DNA of 64,000 nt from an uncultured Bacteroidaceae bacterium (lineage in GTDB: Bacteria; Bacteroidota; Bacteroidia; Bacteroidales; Bacteroidaceae). Below the pieces are notes generated by a model. It saw only the letters and a program-made list of their open reading frames with translations. It did not search any database and was not told the DNA's origin. Shown piece after piece: positions 18,601-28,495 of this stretch; position 1 is the stretch's first letter, and every line of letters begins with the position of its first letter. The position numbers and the translations under genes were made by a program. The stretch spans positions 22,264-86,263 of the forward strand of contig CAJOLR010000007.1 in NCBI GenBank assembly GCA_905235565.1, given 5' to 3'.

Positions 18601-20725
18601 GGTTGCAGCGCACCACCTTTATCTTGACATGGTCTCCCAGACGATAACGCTTGCGGGTGCGCTGGCCTGTGATGCAGTAGTTCTTTTCATCGAATTCAAA
18701 ATAATCGCCGCCCAGAGAACGAATGCCTATCATTCCTTCACATTTGTTCTCTATGATTTCGGCATAGATACCCCACTCGGTAACGCCGCTTATCACGGCA
18801 TCGAATACCTGTCCCATACGGTCCGCCATATATTCCACCTGCTTGTACTTGATGCTGGCGCGTTCAGCCTGTTCCGCCAGTTGCTCGCGTCCTGAACAGT
18901 GTTCGCAGTACTCTTCATATTTGGACTGGTTTACGCTGCGTCCGCCCGAAATGTACCGGGTAAGCAGACGATGTACCATCAGGTCAGGGTAACGGCGTAT
19001 AGGTGATGTGAAGTGAGTATAATACTTGAATGCCAGACCATAGTGACCGATGTTTTCTGTAGTGTAGCAGGCTTTCTGCATGGAGCGGATGGAGATGGTT
19101 TCAATCAGTTCCTGCTCCTTCTTGCCCTTGACTTCGGCAAGCATCCTGTTCATGGACTTGGCCATTTCAACGGGATCGCCGTTGGACTTGAGCCTGTATC
19201 CGAACCTGGCTACAAAGTTCTGCAGGTTTTCCATCCGTTCAGGATCCGGTTCGTCATGGACGCGATAGACGAATGTCTTGGGGTTACCGCCCTTGACGTT
19301 TCCGATGAACTCTGCCACCGTACGGTTGGCCAGCAGCATAAACTCCTCAACCAGCTGGTTGGCATCCTTTGACTCCTTGAAGAATACGCTGACCGGATGT
19401 CCCTTGTCGTCTATGTCAAAACGCACCTCGACGCGGTCAAAACTGAGAGCCCCGTCTGCAAAGCGTTTCTGACGCATTATCTTGGCCATCCTGTCCAGGG
19501 TCATGATCTCATTCTTGAGCTCATCACCCGGAAGCGGTTCCTTGCCGCCATTCTGCTCGCGTTCTATTATTGCCTGCACCTCCTCATAGGCAAAACGGCG
19601 GTTGCTGCGTATCACGGTACGTACTATACGCGAACGTTTTACCACTGCCGCATCGGTTATTTCAAGAATCACGGAATAGGTAAGCTTATCCTCATCCTGA
19701 CGCAGGGAACACAGGTTGTTGCACAGCTTTTCAGGAAGCATGGGTATGGTGCGGTCCACCAGGTAAATGGAAGTAGCCCGTTTGAACGCCTCCTTGTCTA
19801 TTATGCCACCCTCCTGAACATAGAAACTGACATCGGCTATATGTACTCCAACTTCCCAAAGGCCCTTCTTTATGGGACGGATGGAGATGGCGTCGTCAAA
19901 GTCCTTTGCATCGTGGGGGTCGATGGTAAAGGTGGTAACGTTACGGAAATCCTCACGGCCTGCCAGGGCTGCATCGGTAATCTGTGAAGAGATGTCGTCG
20001 GCGGCCTGCTCCACGTTCTCGGGATAACTGTACGGAAGTCCGTATTCAGCCAAGATGGCATGCATCTCCGTGTTGTTCTCGCCGGCGGCACCCAGTATGT
20101 CTATCACCTTTCCCACCGGGTTCCGGTCTGGAGTATCGGGCCATTCCACCACCTTGACCACCGCTTTCTCTCCGTCACGTCCTTTCTTCAGGTTGGCGAT
20201 GGGGATGAATATATCCTTGTCGGATTTGTCGGGAGTTACAAGATAGGCGAATTTCCCCTTGACCTGGAGTGTACCTACAAAGGTGTCCTTGGCCCTTTTG
20301 ATTATCTCCGTTACCTCACCTTCGGGGCCGGCATGCGGTCTGCGGGCAAACAACACCACACGTACACGGTCACCGTTCAGGGCGCCTGCCGTATTACGCT
20401 CAGCCACAGATACCGGGTCACTTCCGTCGTCGGGAACCAGATAGTTCCGGCCTCCGGCACGACGCTGGAGAACACCCTCCAGGAACTTGCTTTTCTGCAA
20501 GAGCTGGAACTGGCCGTCCTTTTCTTTCAGGAAGCCGTCCTCTACCAGATCCAACACTATGTCAAGACACATGCTGCGCATAGGGTGGGTCTTGAGCTTG
20601 AGCTCTTCGTAGAGTTTCTTGACGCTTACCGTTCTCTCCTGGTTCTCGCGGAACCATTCCGTTACAAGGTCCGTCATGGTCCTGCGGTTCAGACGGACGC
20701 CTCCTTTATATGATCTTCCTCCCAT
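18554..20725 (-). CDS. rnr: ribonuclease R
   Basis: OB/cold-shock N-terminal region, RNB catalytic domain (AKDFDDAISI), C-terminal S1 domain. Alternative start at 20677 (MTDLVTEW). Confidence 0.9.
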   Translation of the reverse strand: MGGRSYKGGVRLNRRTMTDLVTEWFRENQERTVSVKKLYEELKLKTHPMRSMCLDIVLDLVEDGFLKEKDGQFQLLQKSKFLEGVLQRRAGGRNYLVPDDGSDPVSVAERNTAGALNGDRVRVVLFARRPHAGPEGEVTEIIKRAKDTFVGTLQVKGKFAYLVTPDKSDKDIFIPIANLKKGRDGEKAVVKVVEWPDTPDRNPVGKVIDILGAAGENNTEMHAILAEYGLPYSYPENVEQAADDISSQITDAALAGREDFRNVTTFTIDPHDAKDFDDAISIRPIKKGLWEVGVHIADVSFYVQEGGIIDKEAFKRATSIYLVDRTIPMLPEKLCNNLCSLRQDEDKLTYSVILEITDAAVVKRSRIVRTVIRSNRRFAYEEVQAIIEREQNGGKEPLPGDELKNEIMTLDRMAKIMRQKRFADGALSFDRVEVRFDIDDKGHPVSVFFKESKDANQLVEEFMLLANRTVAEFIGNVKGGNPKTFVYRVHDEPDPERMENLQNFVARFGYRLKSNGDPVEMAKSMNRMLAEVKGKKEQELIETISIRSMQKACYTTENIGHYGLAFKYYTHFTSPIRRYPDLMVHRLLTRYISGGRSVNQSKYEEYCEHCSGREQLAEQAERASIKYKQVEYMADRMGQVFDAVISGVTEWGIYAEIIENKCEGMIGIRSLGGDYFEFDEKNYCITGQRTRKRYRLGDHVKIKVVRCNLEKKQMDYELVSNEE

Positions 20726-20754
20726 AGTGGTAGTTTTTATTAATTACGAAGATA

Positions 20755-20762
20755 CAAAAATA
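20755..20762 (-). promoter_or_regulatory. -7 box (TATTTTTG)
   Basis: TAnnTTTG match on the minus strand, 30 nt upstream of the rnr ATG at 20725. Confidence 0.4.
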
Positions 20763-20799
20763 ACACAAAAGGGAAGGTCCTTTCCGTTCACTTTTTTGA

Positions 20800-22338
20800 T
20801 TATTTGCCCCAGGAGGCCCGATCCAGACTCCGATAGCCTATAGCTTCAGCAATATGGTTCGGGCGGATTCCGGCGGAATTGTCCATATCGGCAATGGTAC
20901 GTGCCACTTTCAGTATACGGTCATATGCACGGGCTGACAGGTTGAGTCGATTCATGGCCTCGCCCAACATCCGGATTGATGCAGGTTCTGCATCGGCGTA
21001 CCTGTGAAGTAGCCTGGAATCCATCTGGGCATTGCAATAAACCCCCTTTTCATCGTGGAATCTGCTGGCTTGGACAGCTCTCGCCCTGATGACGCGCTCC
21101 CTTATCTGAGCACTGTTTTCTGCCTTGCAGTCCGATGCCATATCATCGAAACCTACCGGCAGGATCTCGCATTGCAGGTCAAAACGGTCCATCAATGGTC
21201 CCGATACCTTGCCAAGATAACGTTCGATAGTAGTGGGGGAGCAGTGACACTCCTTGGTAGGGTGGTTGTAATAACCGCAGGGACATGGATTCATGGATGA
21301 AACAAGCATGAACGATGCCGGATATTCCACCCTGTATTTGGCGCGCGATATAACGATTGTCCTGTCTTCAAGCGGCTGTCGGAGGACTTCAAGTGCCGAA
21401 CGCGTGAACTCAGGGAGCTCATCCAGGAACAGTACCCCGTTATGAGCCAGCGAAATCTCTCCGGGCTGGGCATTTGTTCCTCCGCCGGTAAGAGCCACAT
21501 TTGATATGGTATGATGCGGGTGCCGGAACGGCCTCTGTGTAATGAGCGCCGCCCCGTTGCCGGTAAACCCGGCCACGGAGTGGATCTTTGTAGTCTCGAT
21601 GCTCTCCTCCTTGGTAAGTGGCGGCAGTATTGAAGGCAGTGCCCTTGCCATCATGGATTTTCCGCTTCCAGGGGGGCCTATCATTATCAGATTGTGTCCT
21701 CCGCAAGCGGCCACTTCAAGCGCCCGTTTTACGCCACTCTGGCCTTTAACATCCTGAAAGTCAAAACCTTGACAATAATGGTCGTTTAATTCAAGACCGG
21801 AGCTGTTCTCCACCGGAACGATATGTCCGTTCTTCTGATTGAGCAGGTCTACCACTTCCCTAAGGTTGTGGGCCCCGTAAACTTCAAGACCATCTATGAC
21901 TGCAGCCTCGGGAGCGTTCTGAGATGGCAGAATAATCCCTTTGAATCCTTCGGAACGGGCTTTTATGGCCATAGAAAGAGCCCCCCTTACCGGTTGCAGC
22001 GAACCGTCAAGCCCCATTTCGCCCATAATTACGTAATCATCCAGCAGTTCAGCCGAAATATCCCCTACGGATGCCATTATCACTATGGCCAGCGGCAGGT
22101 CATATGCCGCACCCTCCTTGCGGATATCAGCGGGAGCCATGTTGATGATGATTTGGCAGGAAGGGAATTTGTATCCGTTCACATGGAAAGCCGAAACGAT
22201 ACGTTCATGGCTCTCCTTGACTGCACTGTCGGGCAATCCGACAAGGAAGAATCTGATACCGCGCGATGTGCTCGCCTCAATGGTCACGATGTATGCGTCT
22301 ATCCCCTGGACAGCCGCACCTGATATCTTAATAAGCAT
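20800..22338 (-). CDS. comM: YifB/ComM-family Mg-chelatase-like AAA+ ATPase
   Basis: Lon-like N-domain, Walker A GPPGSGKS, 512 aa, conserved C-terminal region. Confidence 0.9.
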   Translation of the reverse strand: MLIKISGAAVQGIDAYIVTIEASTSRGIRFFLVGLPDSAVKESHERIVSAFHVNGYKFPSCQIIINMAPADIRKEGAAYDLPLAIVIMASVGDISAELLDDYVIMGEMGLDGSLQPVRGALSMAIKARSEGFKGIILPSQNAPEAAVIDGLEVYGAHNLREVVDLLNQKNGHIVPVENSSGLELNDHYCQGFDFQDVKGQSGVKRALEVAACGGHNLIMIGPPGSGKSMMARALPSILPPLTKEESIETTKIHSVAGFTGNGAALITQRPFRHPHHTISNVALTGGGTNAQPGEISLAHNGVLFLDELPEFTRSALEVLRQPLEDRTIVISRAKYRVEYPASFMLVSSMNPCPCGYYNHPTKECHCSPTTIERYLGKVSGPLMDRFDLQCEILPVGFDDMASDCKAENSAQIRERVIRARAVQASRFHDEKGVYCNAQMDSRLLHRYADAEPASIRMLGEAMNRLNLSARAYDRILKVARTIADMDNSAGIRPNHIAEAIGYRSLDRASWGK

Positions 22339-22397
22339 GATGATGTTTGTATTAGATTGGTTTAAAGTGTTTTATTTCAAGGTTAACATGAAAGTCA

Positions 22398-23459
22398 TCA
22401 TTTCCTTATTGTTTTCTGGTTATTTGTCTGACTGTTTGTCTTTGGTTTTTGAAGGACCTGGTCCAGTTGCCTGTCTGTCTCTTCCGGATCGGATGTCTTG
22501 AACACCACTCTCTTGGTTCCCGTAAGCAGTATGAATGCCGGCAAGGTCTGTATGTGTGTGTCTGTTATGAGTCTGCTCTCCCAGCCCGAAGGGTCATTGT
22601 AAGAGAACCAGCTTACCGTATCATGCAGTATGGCCTCTTTCCATCGATGCGGCTGAACATCTATGGAAACATCTATCGCATTCAGGTTCCTCCCCCTGTA
22701 TTTTTCCAGGAAGTAATTCAGGGTGTCTCTCGCTTCAAGCCCTTTGCTGCCCATCCATGAAGCCCATACACATACCAGCATATGGTTTATCGAACCTCCC
22801 AGCTCTTTGAGCCGAAACTGGTAGCCGGTGGAGTCTTTAATGGAGTAATTGTCCAGATACAGGTTTCCCGGCATGTCCTTATCGAATTCAGATTTCAGGG
22901 ATACCAGATATGGGGCGTCCTGCATGTTGCCGCTCATACGGCTGACCAGGGCGGTAATGTCTTTCTCTCCGGCATGGTACCTGCGTACCATCTGGTCATA
23001 TATAAGGAACGGGGTGACCTCCGAAAACGGATCCCTGGTTATGAATGAGTCAATCCTTGCAGCGGTCTGCTCCATTGATGTGTCATTGGCCGCTGCCAGA
23101 CAGAAAGCCAGATAGGAGTCATTTGCCAGACCTCCCGAGATTGTGTACATGGCGGGGCTTTCGGGAATATGGATCTCCGAACGTATGTCCTTTTCGGCAA
23201 ACACCGGGAACTGACGGCCATCGGGCAATATCAGTAACAGAGTTGTAACCGTATCCGGACGGAATGACCATCTGAACTGCCCGTCATGGCAGAAAATGGT
23301 GTCAACCCTCTGAAACCTGGAATCCATGCCGACAACCAGGATAGAGTCAGAACCATCCTGGACGGTTCCCTGCAGCACGAACATCCCTTTGTGCCTGCCG
23401 CACGATACGGCAAGCAACAGCAGAATCGAAGCTATGATTGCAGAAAACCTTGTTTTCAT
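22398..23459 (-). CDS. TlpA/thioredoxin-fold lipoprotein with DUF4369-like N-domain and a degenerate active site
   Basis: Lipobox LLAVSC. The C-terminal thioredoxin-like region aligns by eye to TlpA proteins, but WASWCGPC is replaced by WASWMGSK (nt 22740-22766). Confidence 0.7.
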   Translation of the reverse strand: MKTRFSAIIASILLLLAVSCGRHKGMFVLQGTVQDGSDSILVVGMDSRFQRVDTIFCHDGQFRWSFRPDTVTTLLLILPDGRQFPVFAEKDIRSEIHIPESPAMYTISGGLANDSYLAFCLAAANDTSMEQTAARIDSFITRDPFSEVTPFLIYDQMVRRYHAGEKDITALVSRMSGNMQDAPYLVSLKSEFDKDMPGNLYLDNYSIKDSTGYQFRLKELGGSINHMLVCVWASWMGSKGLEARDTLNYFLEKYRGRNLNAIDVSIDVQPHRWKEAILHDTVSWFSYNDPSGWESRLITDTHIQTLPAFILLTGTKRVVFKTSDPEETDRQLDQVLQKPKTNSQTNNQKTIRK

Positions 23460-23473
23460 CGGTCAAGTCAAGG

Positions 23474-25267
23474 TCACCTGGCAGCGCGTTTGCGTTCCAG
23501 TTCGTTAAGTATTATCTTGCGCATGCGCATGCTCTTGGGGGTAACCTCCACGTACTCGTCGTTCTTGATGTACTCCAGAGCCTCCTCAAGTGAGAATATC
23601 ACGGGAGGAGCGATGTGGGCCTTCTCATCGGCACCGCTGGCGCGCATGTTTGTAAGCTGCTTGCTCTTGGTCACGTTGATTACCAGATCCTTCTCATGGA
23701 CGTGCTCACCTACCACCTGTCCGGCATAAACCTGATCCTGCGGGTTTACAAAGAACTTGCCGCGGTCCTGCAGCTTGTCAAGTGCGTAAGCGAATACGGT
23801 GCCGGTCTCCATTGCCACCATTGATCCGTTGGTGCGGCGTTCTATGTCACCTTTGTAAGGCTGATACTCCTTGAAGCGGTGTGCCATTACGGCCTCACCC
23901 TGCGATGCGGTAAGCACGTTGGTGCGCAGGCCGATGATACCGCGGGAAGGTATGTCGAACACAATCACCACGCGGTCACCCTGGGTATCCATCGATGTCA
24001 TCTCGCCCTTGCGTTTGGTGGCCAGGTCAATCATCTTGCTGGCAAACTCCTCTGGTACGCTGATGGTAAGTTCTTCTATAGGCTCGCAGGTGCGGCCTTC
24101 AATCTCCTTCATGATAACCTGGGGCTGGCCCACCTGGAGCTCGTAACCCTCGCGGCGCATGGTCTCTATAAGTATGGAAAGGTGCAGCACACCGCGGCCG
24201 GATACTATCCACTTGCCGTCCTCCTCGGTGCGGCGTACGCGCAAGGCCAGGTTCTTGTCCAGTTCCAGGTTCAGGCGGTCCTGGATATGGCGGGATGTCA
24301 CGTACTTTCCCTCCTTGCCGAAGAAAGGAGAGTCGTTTATGCTGAAGAGCATACTCATGGTAGGCTCGTCGATTGCTATAGGGGGCAGGGGATCGGGGTT
24401 CTCGGCATCGCAGATGGTATCGCCTATCTCAAACTTGTCAAGACCTACTATGGCGCAAATATCACCTGCCTCGACTGTAGGAACGCGCTTGCGGCCCATA
24501 CCCTCGAATGTATGCAGTTCCTTTATCTTGACCTTCTCCTTGCTGCCGTCACGGTGTGCCAGCGTGCAGGTCATGCCTTCATTCAGCACTCCGCGGTTTA
24601 CGCGGCCCACTGCGATACGGCCAGTGTATGATGAGTAGTCAAGTGATGTAATCAGCATCTGCAGGGTGCCCTCCTCCTGTTTGGGAGCGGGGATATGCTC
24701 TATGATTGCATCCAGCAGAGGCAGTATGTTGCCGGTGGGCTGTTTCCAGTCGTTACTCATCCAGTTCTGCTTGGCCGATCCGTAAAGTACGGGGAAATCC
24801 AGCTGTTCCTCAGTAGCATCAAGAGCGAACATCAGGTCAAACACCATCTCATAAACCTCCTCGGGACGGCAGTTGGGCTTATCTACCTTGTTTACTACAA
24901 CTATCGGCTTAAGACCTATCTGCAGAGCCTTCTGCAAAACGAAACGGGTCTGAGGCATGGGGCCCTCAAAGGCATCGACCAGAAGGATGCAGCCGTCGGC
25001 CATGTTGAGCACGCGCTCCACCTCACCGCCGAAATCGGAGTGTCCCGGAGTGTCTATTATGTTGATCTTGGTATCCTTATAAGTAATAGATACATTCTTG
25101 GACAGGATGGTTATGCCGCGCTCGCGCTCCAGGTCATTGTTGTCGAGCATGAGCTCTCCCTTGGCCTGATTGTCGCGGAACAGGTGTCCGGCCAGCATCA
25201 TCTTGTCAACCAGTGTTGTCTTACCGTGGTCAACGTGGGCAATGATAGCGATATTGCGTATGTTCAT
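23474..25267 (-). CDS. typA: translational GTPase TypA/BipA
   Basis: G motifs [14 protein letters not shown] and NKVD, 597 aa. Confidence 0.95.
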   Translation of the reverse strand: MNIRNIAIIAHVDHGKTTLVDKMMLAGHLFRDNQAKGELMLDNNDLERERGITILSKNVSITYKDTKINIIDTPGHSDFGGEVERVLNMADGCILLVDAFEGPMPQTRFVLQKALQIGLKPIVVVNKVDKPNCRPEEVYEMVFDLMFALDATEEQLDFPVLYGSAKQNWMSNDWKQPTGNILPLLDAIIEHIPAPKQEEGTLQMLITSLDYSSYTGRIAVGRVNRGVLNEGMTCTLAHRDGSKEKVKIKELHTFEGMGRKRVPTVEAGDICAIVGLDKFEIGDTICDAENPDPLPPIAIDEPTMSMLFSINDSPFFGKEGKYVTSRHIQDRLNLELDKNLALRVRRTEEDGKWIVSGRGVLHLSILIETMRREGYELQVGQPQVIMKEIEGRTCEPIEELTISVPEEFASKMIDLATKRKGEMTSMDTQGDRVVIVFDIPSRGIIGLRTNVLTASQGEAVMAHRFKEYQPYKGDIERRTNGSMVAMETGTVFAYALDKLQDRGKFFVNPQDQVYAGQVVGEHVHEKDLVINVTKSKQLTNMRASGADEKAHIAPPVIFSLEEALEYIKNDEYVEVTPKSMRMRKIILNELERKRAAR

Positions 25268-25292
25268 ATATATATGTTTGTGTTTCGGGGTG

Positions 25293-25300
25293 CAAAGTTA
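25293..25300 (-). promoter_or_regulatory. -7 box (TAACTTTG)
   Basis: TAnnTTTG match on the minus strand, 26 nt upstream of the typA ATG. Confidence 0.45.
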
Positions 25301-25345
25301 CGGCAAAAATGTCATAAAATTCATTGTCAGTTAAAAAACAAGAGT

Positions 25346-25353
25346 TATCTTTG
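25346..25353 (+). promoter_or_regulatory. -7 box (TATCTTTG)
   Basis: TAnnTTTG match 38 nt upstream of the rpsO ATG. Confidence 0.45.
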
Positions 25354-25390
25354 CGCCCGCTAAACGAGTTTTCACATTATTTTTAAGAAA

Positions 25391-25660
25391 ATGTATTTAG
25401 ACAAAGAGAAAAAACAAGAGATCTTTGGACAATACGGAAAGTCCAACACGGATACTGGCTCACCCGAAGCCCAGATAGCCTTGTTCTCATACCGTATTTC
25501 CCATTTGACGGAACATCTTAAGGAGAACCGTAAGGATTATAGCACTGAAAGGGCACTGACCCAGCTGGTAGGTAAGCGCAGGAGACTGCTCAACTACCTC
25601 AAGGAGAGAGACATCGAGCGCTACCGCGCCATCATCAAGGCTCTCGGTCTGCGTAAGTAA
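25391..25660 (+). CDS. rpsO: 30S ribosomal protein S15
   Basis: 89 aa, GSPEAQIALFSYRISHLTEHLKENRKD...RRRLLNYL. Confidence 0.95.
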   Translation: MYLDKEKKQEIFGQYGKSNTDTGSPEAQIALFSYRISHLTEHLKENRKDYSTERALTQLVGKRRRLLNYLKERDIERYRAIIKALGLRK

Positions 25661-25672
25661 GGCTAGACAAGA

Positions 25673-25710
25673 AAAAGAGGGGTTGACTCAGCGAGCCAAC
25701 CCCTCTTTTT
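25673..25710 (+). terminator. rho-independent terminator
   Basis: 13-bp stem AAAAGAGGGGTTG / CAACCCCTCTTTT followed by a T run. Confidence 0.8.
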
Positions 25711-25713
25711 CAT

Positions 25714-25721
25714 TACCTTTG
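25714..25721 (+). promoter_or_regulatory. -7 box (TACCTTTG)
   Basis: TAnnTTTG match 21 nt upstream of the ahcY ATG. Confidence 0.4.
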
Positions 25722-25741
25722 CAAACCTAAATAAAATTTAC

Positions 25742-27160
25742 ATGAACGAACTATATTCAAACCTGCCATACAAGGTGGCAGACATTAAGCAGGCTGAGTT
25801 TGGCCGCAAGGAGATTGAGATGGCTGAGAAGGAGATGCCCGGACTCATGGCTCTCCGTGACAAGTACCGTGATTCAAAACCTCTGAAGGGTGCCCGCATA
25901 ATGGGCTCGCTGCATATGACCATTCAGACTGCGGTCCTTATTGAGACACTGTACGAACTGGGTGCCGAAATCCGCTGGTGCTCATGCAACATATATTCCA
26001 CACAGGATCATGCCGCTGCAGCCATTGCGGCTGCGGGGAGTGCCGCCGTGTTTGCCTGGAAGGGCGAGACGGCCCGGGAATACTGGTGGTGCACACTGCA
26101 GGCCATGAACTTTCCTGAAGGAGGTCCCAATATGATTGTGGATGACGGTGGTGACGCAACTCTCATGATACATCTGGGCGTAAAGGGAGAGAAAGACCCC
26201 AAGGCCTTGGACTATGAGGCCCAGTCGGCCGATGAGCGTGAGCTTCTGGCCGCACTAAAGGAGGTAGCCAAGGTAAAGGGTAACACCTACTGGCAGGATA
26301 TGGCCAGGAACATAAAGGGCGTAAGCGAGGAGACCACCACAGGCGTACACCGTCTGTATCGAATGCAGCAGAACGGAGAGTTGCTGTTTCCGGCATTCAA
26401 CGTGAATGATTCCGTAACCAAGAGCAAGTTTGACAACCTTTACGGCTGCCGCGAATCATTGGCCGACGGTATCAAGCGCGCCACTGATGTGATGATAGCC
26501 GGTAAGGTTTGCGTTGTGGCCGGTTACGGTGAAGTGGGCAAGGGTTGTGCCCAGAGCATGCGCTCATACGGAGCCCGTGTGCTTGTAACCGAGATTGACC
26601 CAATCTGTGCCTTGCAGGCAGCCATGGAGGGATATGAGGTGGTCACCATGGAGGAGGCTGCACCCCTTGGCAACATATTCGTAACCACAACTGGTAATAT
26701 AGACGTTATCACCACAGATCATCTCAAGGTTATGCCCGACCAGGCAATAGTCTGCAACATAGGCCACTTTGACAGCGAGATCCAGGTGGATAAACTCAAG
26801 AAGATACCAGGCATCAGGTGCCAGAACGTAAAGCCTCAGGTGGACCGTTACTTCTTCCCTGATGGTCACAGCATAATCCTTCTGGCCGATGGCCGACTGG
26901 TCAACCTGGGTTGCGCCACAGGTCATCCCAGTTTTGTGATGAGCAACAGTTTCACCAACCAGACCCTGGCTCAGATTGAACTCTTCAACAAGCAGTATCC
27001 GGTTGACGTATATCGTCTGCCCAAGCATCTGGATGAGGAGGTGGCACGTCTGCACTTGGAGCGCATCGGCGTCCATCTGTCCAAGCTTACCCAGGCCCAG
27101 GCCGATTATATTGGAGTACCCGTAGAGGGTCCGTATAAGGCAGAACACTACAGGTATTAA
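25742..27160 (+). CDS. ahcY: adenosylhomocysteinase
   Basis: 472 aa. N-terminus [30 protein letters not shown] and NAD-binding [10 protein letters not shown]. Confidence 0.95.
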   Translation: MNELYSNLPYKVADIKQAEFGRKEIEMAEKEMPGLMALRDKYRDSKPLKGARIMGSLHMTIQTAVLIETLYELGAEIRWCSCNIYSTQDHAAAAIAAAGSAAVFAWKGETAREYWWCTLQAMNFPEGGPNMIVDDGGDATLMIHLGVKGEKDPKALDYEAQSADERELLAALKEVAKVKGNTYWQDMARNIKGVSEETTTGVHRLYRMQQNGELLFPAFNVNDSVTKSKFDNLYGCRESLADGIKRATDVMIAGKVCVVAGYGEVGKGCAQSMRSYGARVLVTEIDPICALQAAMEGYEVVTMEEAAPLGNIFVTTTGNIDVITTDHLKVMPDQAIVCNIGHFDSEIQVDKLKKIPGIRCQNVKPQVDRYFFPDGHSIILLADGRLVNLGCATGHPSFVMSNSFTNQTLAQIELFNKQYPVDVYRLPKHLDEEVARLHLERIGVHLSKLTQAQADYIGVPVEGPYKAEHYRY

Positions 27161-27197
27161 AAAATTGACAATTGATAATTGACAATTATTAAGTGAC

Positions 27198-27788
27198 ATG
27201 ATTGAGAGGAAGACGATAGTGGTTTATGGGGCATCGAGCGCGGAGGCGGAGAAGGTGTTCGTTGATGCGGCTTATGAGTTGGGCGGACTTATAGCAAAAA
27301 CCGGCAGGAGGCTGGTTTCCGGGGCAGGCAGTACCGGACTTATGGCTGCAGTCGAGGACGGCGCCCTGGACGCAGGCGGTGTCTCCATAGGTGTCATACC
27401 TCAGTTTATGGTAGACAACGGCTGGCTTCATCAGGGGCTCACCGAAACCATAATAACTCCAAGCATGCATGAGCGTAAGAGACGCATGTCCCAGATGGCC
27501 GATGCCGTGGTAGCACTGCCCGGCGGTACCGGGACATTCGAGGAATTGTTCGAAATTATTACCTGGAAGATGCTTGGCCTGTTTGTCAAGCCGATAGTTA
27601 TCCTCAATACGGACAACTATTATGATCCTCTGCTCCGGATGCTTGACCGGACAGCAGACCGCCATTTCATGAATCCCGTCTTCAGGAAACTGTGGGATGT
27701 GGCCATGACTCCCGAAGAGGCCCTTTCTCTTGTGGATTCCATTCCGGACTGGACTGATACGACAAGTAAGATCAACATGGACAAGTGA
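27198..27788 (+). CDS. LOG-family (TIGR00730) nucleotide phosphoribohydrolase
   Basis: GAGSTGLM and PGGTGTFEELFE motifs, 196 aa. Confidence 0.85.
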   Translation: MIERKTIVVYGASSAEAEKVFVDAAYELGGLIAKTGRRLVSGAGSTGLMAAVEDGALDAGGVSIGVIPQFMVDNGWLHQGLTETIITPSMHERKRRMSQMADAVVALPGGTGTFEELFEIITWKMLGLFVKPIVILNTDNYYDPLLRMLDRTADRHFMNPVFRKLWDVAMTPEEALSLVDSIPDWTDTTSKINMDK

Positions 27789-28484
27789 TGCTGTTAACCC
27801 CTCTTGTCAGTATATCCGATACCCTGCAGGTCAATGACTGGTTCCTGTCTGTAACCATTCTGACTCTGCTGCTCATGCTTCTGATAATGGGACCATACAG
27901 ATATGCTTATCTGGATTCGGTGTCATCAATGTTCAGGTTGAAGAATCCGGATGGCGATATCAGTTACCCTCTGCTTTTCAACCTTGGGTATCTGCTGATA
28001 TTCATTCTCTCATGTATCAGCATAGGAATAGCGGTTTCGGTATATTTTCATGCCGGCTCAGTCGGGAATCCATCCGGCATGATGACACTCTTATGGTATT
28101 CGGTTTGTTTTCGAGGCGGTTTGCCTGTTCGTCAGGCTGTCACTCATAACAGCGTTCAATACAGTCCTTTACAATAAGCAGGTAATAACTATCAAGCCTG
28201 GCCGATGGAACTGTTTTTTCGTCATGACGGTATCAGTGTCCTGCCTGTTCGTCCTGTTGGCATCACTTCTGGTCCTGTTCCTTGACCTGCCCGTCATTAT
28301 ACTGCCTGTTCTTGCAGTAATCATATGGCTTTTAGCCTTTTTCGGAAGGTTTTTCAAGATAAAAACCACCTTATTCAAGAATAAGCGTTCAAATTCAGGA
28401 TTTATTTTGTACCTTTGTGCATCCGAAATAGCACCTGTTTATATAGAGTATGTGCTATTTGGCATTTTATTTGGTCTAATTTAA
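27785..28484 (+). pseudogene. DUF4271-like multi-pass membrane protein split by a +1 frameshift near 28086-28110
   Basis: The 130-aa ORF (27785-28177) loses its hydrophobic character after ...MMTLLWYSVCF. The +1 frame is open from 28086 and continues as a membrane protein (FVFEAVCLFVRLSLITAF...ILYLCASEIAPVYIEYVLFG) to 28484. Position upstream of hemD fits DUF4271, from memory. Confidence 0.55.
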
Positions 28485-28495
28485 ATCCTACAGCC

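Noticed and set aside
23879-25363. Long plus-strand ORFs (250 aa and 222 aa) antisense to typA
   Set aside because: They lie entirely inside the strongly recognisable typA gene. Their composition is low-complexity and biased (runs of L, A, G, H) with no motifs, typical of antisense frames in codon-biased genes.
25661-25741. Possible SAH or SAM riboswitch upstream of ahcY
   Set aside because: The spacer is filled by the rpsO terminator and a -7 box only 21 nt from the ATG, which leaves no room for a riboswitch aptamer.
26564-27665. 211-aa and 158-aa minus-strand ORFs opposite ahcY and the LOG-family gene
   Set aside because: The sense-strand genes carry diagnostic motifs (an NAD-binding site, and PGGTGTFEE). 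The antisense ORFs have none and would overlap them completely.
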